A program made the position numbers and the translations under genes. Source: the human T2T-CHM13v2.0 reference genome, Homo sapiens. From it: DNA of 64,000 nt. The stretch lies in the NCBI RefSeq assembly GCF_009914755.1, contig NC_060931.1; one strand, 5' to 3'. The notes beneath the pieces are model-generated. The model made no database searches, had not been told where the DNA came from, and was given only the letters and a program-made list of their open reading frames with translations. Below are positions 59,774-64,000 of this stretch, piece by piece (the stretch's first letter is position 1; each line of letters begins with the position of its first letter).

Positions 59774-59850
59774 GATACTGATAAGGATGACTGGAAACAT
59801 CTTAAGCCTTTCTTCTGGTCCATATCTGCAAACTTTCTATATCTTGAATC
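59774..59850 (-). CDS. Candidate 77-nt coding exon of an unidentified gene (DSRYRKFADMDQKKGLRCFQSSLSV)
   Basis: ttttaaaactttttgcag|...|gtaagc; only the phase-0 frame is open, which is compatible with the 63667-63695 exon. Confidence 0.4.
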
Positions 59851-60373
59851 CTGCAAAAAGTTTTAAAACCAGGCCCCCCAAAAACTTAAAAATAGCATTT
59901 TAGCATCAGGCAATATTTGCAGAGTACCTATGTGCAAGGCACTCTGGAAGATACTAAAAAGAGTCATCAAAGAAGAATGGTTAGGAATCTGGACTCTGAA
60001 AGCAGACTACCTTGGTTTAATTAACAGCCATGGATTTGCAGAAAAGAAGAGAAAGAAGGAAGGGAGACAAGGGTAAGCCACAAGGAGGGTAATGGGAAAA
60101 CCTTGCTTATCCTTTACTCCCTTCCTAAACATATGTCTCTCTTCCTTTTCTGGTAACCTATCTCTTTGGTACATATTTATATATAAAGTTGTAGTCCAAA
60201 TGGTAAGTGATCTGGAGGGATTTTCAGGAAATAACATAATAAGAAACAATGTTTTGAATTTTGAGGGCTGTGAAGTGTTCCGAAATGATTTTCAAATGGC
60301 TAAACTTAGCTAACTTATTGAGCTCTTTTTGTATCAGGGACTATGCTAAGAGCTTTACAGATAAGCATATTAA

Positions 60374-60507
60374 CCCATTTATGCTGGAGGTTGCAAATTT
60401 TTGTGTGTGTGTGAGAAATCAGACCTTGATGATGACCTTGAGCAGTAGGATATAAATAATTCCCACAAGCTTAGCATTCCAATAATGGAACACTAGGCAT
60501 AAAGGGG
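60374..60507 (-). mobile_element. MER85 (non-autonomous piggyBac/PGBD3 MITE) inserted in a MIR
   Basis: TIRs cccatttatgc / gcataaaggg; ttaa / ttat target; internal ttccaataatggaac palindrome; cagacc...gaccttgagcagtaggatataaataa. Confidence 0.93.
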
Positions 60508-62239
60508 TTATCTCATAATGCTTCCAACACCTCTATTTCCTTTCTCACAAAGGAAAGCCTACAGATACCAATGTATTTGAAATGGTTTTGATTTAGTCCT
60601 ACCTAAGAGAAAGGAAGTTTCTACTAAACGGCAGAGCATGAGACATTTAATGCCTTCTTTTATTCTTGCTATGCCTTTTACACCTTTAGAGTTAGAAAGG
60701 ACTCTAGGGATTAATTATTCCAAATTCTCAACTCCTTCTGTATCTCACAGATATAAAAACTAAGTCCCAGAATACTGAGTACCAGGTTAAATTAACTAAT
60801 AATTATCTGAGGTGGCACTTGAATTAACGATCTCACCATTCTCTTAAAGATTCAGTAATATGTTAGCTATCTGCATAGAAGTGCTGTGTAATCTTCCCCA
60901 GTCTTCTAGAATCATGTTTCAAAACTTTAATTATATCCAAATTTAAATTATATTTTGTTAAATAATTTTTGCTTCCATCAGCATTCTCTTTTTAAGATTA
61001 CCTAGATTGCTATGATAGGAAAAATAACATCTTATAAGCCATGAACCTACATGTCAATAACAGTTAACATTCCACTTGGAAAAGCAAACTACTAAAGCCG
61101 AAATTGAGCAAGCTTCTAAGAAAGCCAATGCATGTATTTTATATCAAAGTGACTAAAGATAAATTCACAATCTTTTATAAACTACAGTTTTACTAAATTT
61201 GTTCGTCTTTGCTCTCAGAGAGTAGACTTGAGAAAATTCATTTTTAACCATATGTTATTTGCATCTGTGTGGTAGGGACAGCTGCATATTAATTCAATTA
61301 CCTTTCTTTTTCTTTGTGGGCACACAGCTCCCAAGGGATGTTTCCCAGCTTTCCTTGCAGCTGAGAGTAAGGTGGAATAGTAACCGATACCTCAAGAAAG
61401 AAGTATGCATATTTTTCAGTTTTCAGTCTCTCTTTTTCCTGCCTCCACATTATTTTTAGACCATTGCAAGAGAGTGCTAGAGACAGAAGGTCCTGTTTCT
61501 TGAAGGACAATTTGCTTTTGTCTTCTCATCTCTGACCTATTGCAATCAGCTCTAAACATCCTTCTCATATTCCATCCTTCACACTCTCTTTCTTTTCCTC
61601 TCTCATCTCTTCCTCTCTTCATCTTTTCTATTGTTCATGTGCAACTTTGTAATCTATCGTCATGGTAACAAGTATTATGTCTGGCCCAGAGCCACGTGAA
61701 GACAGAGCAGCTTCTATCTTTGGTGTGTCTCCACTTTTGCTTTGTTCATCTCTTTACCTATTTGATATTTTACCCCAGTCAGCCCCTCTCGGGCTTCCAT
61801 GATGACCCAGTACCTTCTTTTCTCATTCCAAGAGACCCCCATTATGGGTCTTTCTTCTTTCTCAGGGATACTGGAAATAACATGGATCAATCTTTCCTTC
61901 ATGGCAGGCTTTTTATTCAAAACAAGATTTTATTGTGTGGTATTCAGTTTCTTCGGGTTTGCTAAGTGGTTTGAAGAAAGACAATAAACTAAACTCATCT
62001 CTGCTGTAATTTTAATGGCCTACTGTGTTTTTTCTCCTTATGGGGTTGTTTTTTAACACTGGATTCTCAGATTTAAATACAATGAATGCATATGTAATGA
62101 TGGAATTCCAGTGTGATTGGCCAAGATGAGAATTTGGAATATTTAATTGTATTACCATCCTCGACTTTTGGCCAGTAGGCAGGTTTGCATTGCTGTACAT
62201 TGCTGCTTACTGTTTTACTTCCTCTAATGTATTCTATAC

Positions 62240-62452
62240 CAGTGCTTCTCAATCTTTAACAGATGTCAGAAGTTTTTAGAGAGGAGGTTGAAATCCAGAT
62301 TCCTGAACATTATAGCCACAGATTCTGATTCAGTAGTTTTGGAGTGAAGCCCGTTAATTTGTATTTGTTAAAAAAAAAAAAAAAAAAAGGAAAAAAAAGC
62401 TCCCATGATATATTAATACTGGTGGTCTGATGACGACACTTTGAGTAGTCTA
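62240..62452. mobile_element. MER5A/B with an internal poly-A expansion
   Basis: cagtgcttctcaa...gattctgattcagtag...ggtctgatgacgacactttgagtag. Confidence 0.75.
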
Positions 62453-62699
62453 CAATGCAACTTGAAGCTCACAGAAGCCCCGAGAAGAAAAGTCTGATAA
62501 ATTTCTAGTTGAAATAAGACACAATCAAAACTGGCTCAAATTTCAATATTAACCTTTTGAACAGAAACATTGCTATATCATATAATCCTACAGCTAAAAT
62601 TGAATATACTAAGTCAAGATGAGGAAACAGATCTACAGACCTGGGAAGATTGTTTCATATCTTAAGAGAGACAGAAAAAAATGTAGGGGTATGTATAGA

Positions 62700-63120
62700 A
62701 GGGAATGTTTTCAAAGACGGCCAGAACAGTATCTTCCATCACTCTTTTGCAATGTTACTTTACTATTAGACCTTCAAGAAGTGATACTTTTTTGCCTTCC
62801 CCTTGAATCTGGGCTGACCAGAAGGCAATGTTTGACCGATAAAGTGCAATGGAATTGAGATTGTGTAACTCCAAGGCAGAGCCTTAAGAGAACTTCAATG
62901 TCTACCATTATCTCTTACTCAGATAAAAGCCAGCGCCAATTCTCAATCATGTGAGTGAAGCCATTGTGGATCTTCCGGCTCCCCCAGAGACCTAACCAAC
63001 AATACAGGAAACAGAATGGCCTGTCAACCCACAGAATTCTGAAAAATAATCAATTGTTGTTTTAAGTCACTGACAGAAAGGGAAGTTTGCTTTGTAGTAG
63101 GTAGATTTGCAGATAACTGC
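62700..63120 (+). mobile_element. MLT1 (G/H-like) LTR
   Basis: ccccttgaatctgggctg...catgtgagtgaagccat...ttgttgttttaagtcact...agataactg. Confidence 0.75.
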
Positions 63121-63666
63121 AGTGATGGGTGTCCAGACCTCTCCTCCAGTAGTCTGTATATTTCACTATATATACTGTCTTCTCATTCTCCTTTCTCCTA
63201 CTTCTCATTTGTTCAGTCAACCAATGCATTTTAAAGCATTTCAAGTATTCCAGATACTACCAACTCAAAGGTTAATAAAAACACACTTGTTACCACTCTC
63301 ATCAACCTCATAATCAAGAATAGAAAATAGACTAAACAATTGTCACATATTTTGACCAAAGTACTAATATAACTAGTACAGAAGTGGTAAATAGAAACAG
63401 TGTGTGTGTGTGTTTATTTGTGTGTGTGTGCATGTGTATATTTTTAGTGGTTACAGAATCATGCATGGGAGAGGAAGAGAAGGTATTATTAAGGAATTGG
63501 TGCCTGAACATTATCATAAATTATATACCAGACAGATGAAGGCAATGAGAGAGTAATGTAAATTCACTATCATACCTTTCTCAAATGTATTACTTTTGAA
63601 TTTTGGTATCACTAACTACTCAAATAGTACATACAGATGTACGATTATATTAATGTGTATATTTAC

Positions 63667-63695
63667 CTTGATTATATCACTAAAGTTATCATTCT
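63667..63695 (-). CDS. Candidate 29-nt coding micro-exon (xNDNFSDIIK)
   Basis: gttttatcttctgatactctttttatag|AGAATGATAACTTTAGTGATATAATCAAG|gtaaat; strong acceptor and donor. Confidence 0.4.
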
Positions 63696-64000
63696 CTATA
63701 AAAAGAGTATCAGAAGATAAAACACATTTCCGCTTGTATTCTCAATATTTCTCTCTCTAAAAATCTATTCAAAAAGCTGTTTTATTTGCTATTAATGTTC
63801 ACTTAAATCATGGATTAAATGACAAATCAAAAGATTATGGAAAATCTATGGGTTCCTTCATCAGGAATGGGTAATCAAAATGCCCTTGAATAATTTATAA
63901 TTGAGGTAGGCTCTTTATTGATTCGAGTTTCATTTAAGACGAGAGAAACCTGTAATACAGAATAGAACGTATCACTAGCTATTCCTGTGGCTTAAAAACT

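Noticed and set aside
63576-63615. In-frame exon candidate LVIPKFKSNTFEK
   Set aside because: It would need a 51-nt intron after 63667 and has a weak pyrimidine tract.

Overview
Primate (most likely human) AT-rich genomic DNA, intronic or intergenic, and dominated by transposable elements. It holds 14 Alus, two large decayed L1s on + (about 37.2-40.9 kb and 46.2-53.35 kb), several L1 3' ends, MaLR/ERVL LTRs, MIR/L2, a MamSINE1, hAT MITEs and one piggyBac-derived MER85. No ORF in the supplied track looks like an intact cellular gene; the recognisable ones are L1 ORF2 remnants or Alu/simple-repeat artefacts. By eye I see a frame-compatible chain of short minus-strand candidate exons (63667-63695, 59774-59850, then alternative downstream exons) that may be the 3' end of a large gene I cannot name. 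The most unusual signals are mechanistic scars. One is an antisense L1 inserted into an older L1, truncated at the homologous position, with a templated copy of nearby unique DNA and snap-back repeats at its 5' junction. The others are several fold-back or template-switch inversions. I found no evidence of a wholly new biological system. Repeat subfamily calls come from remembered consensus features, not a database search, and boundaries without TSDs are approximate.
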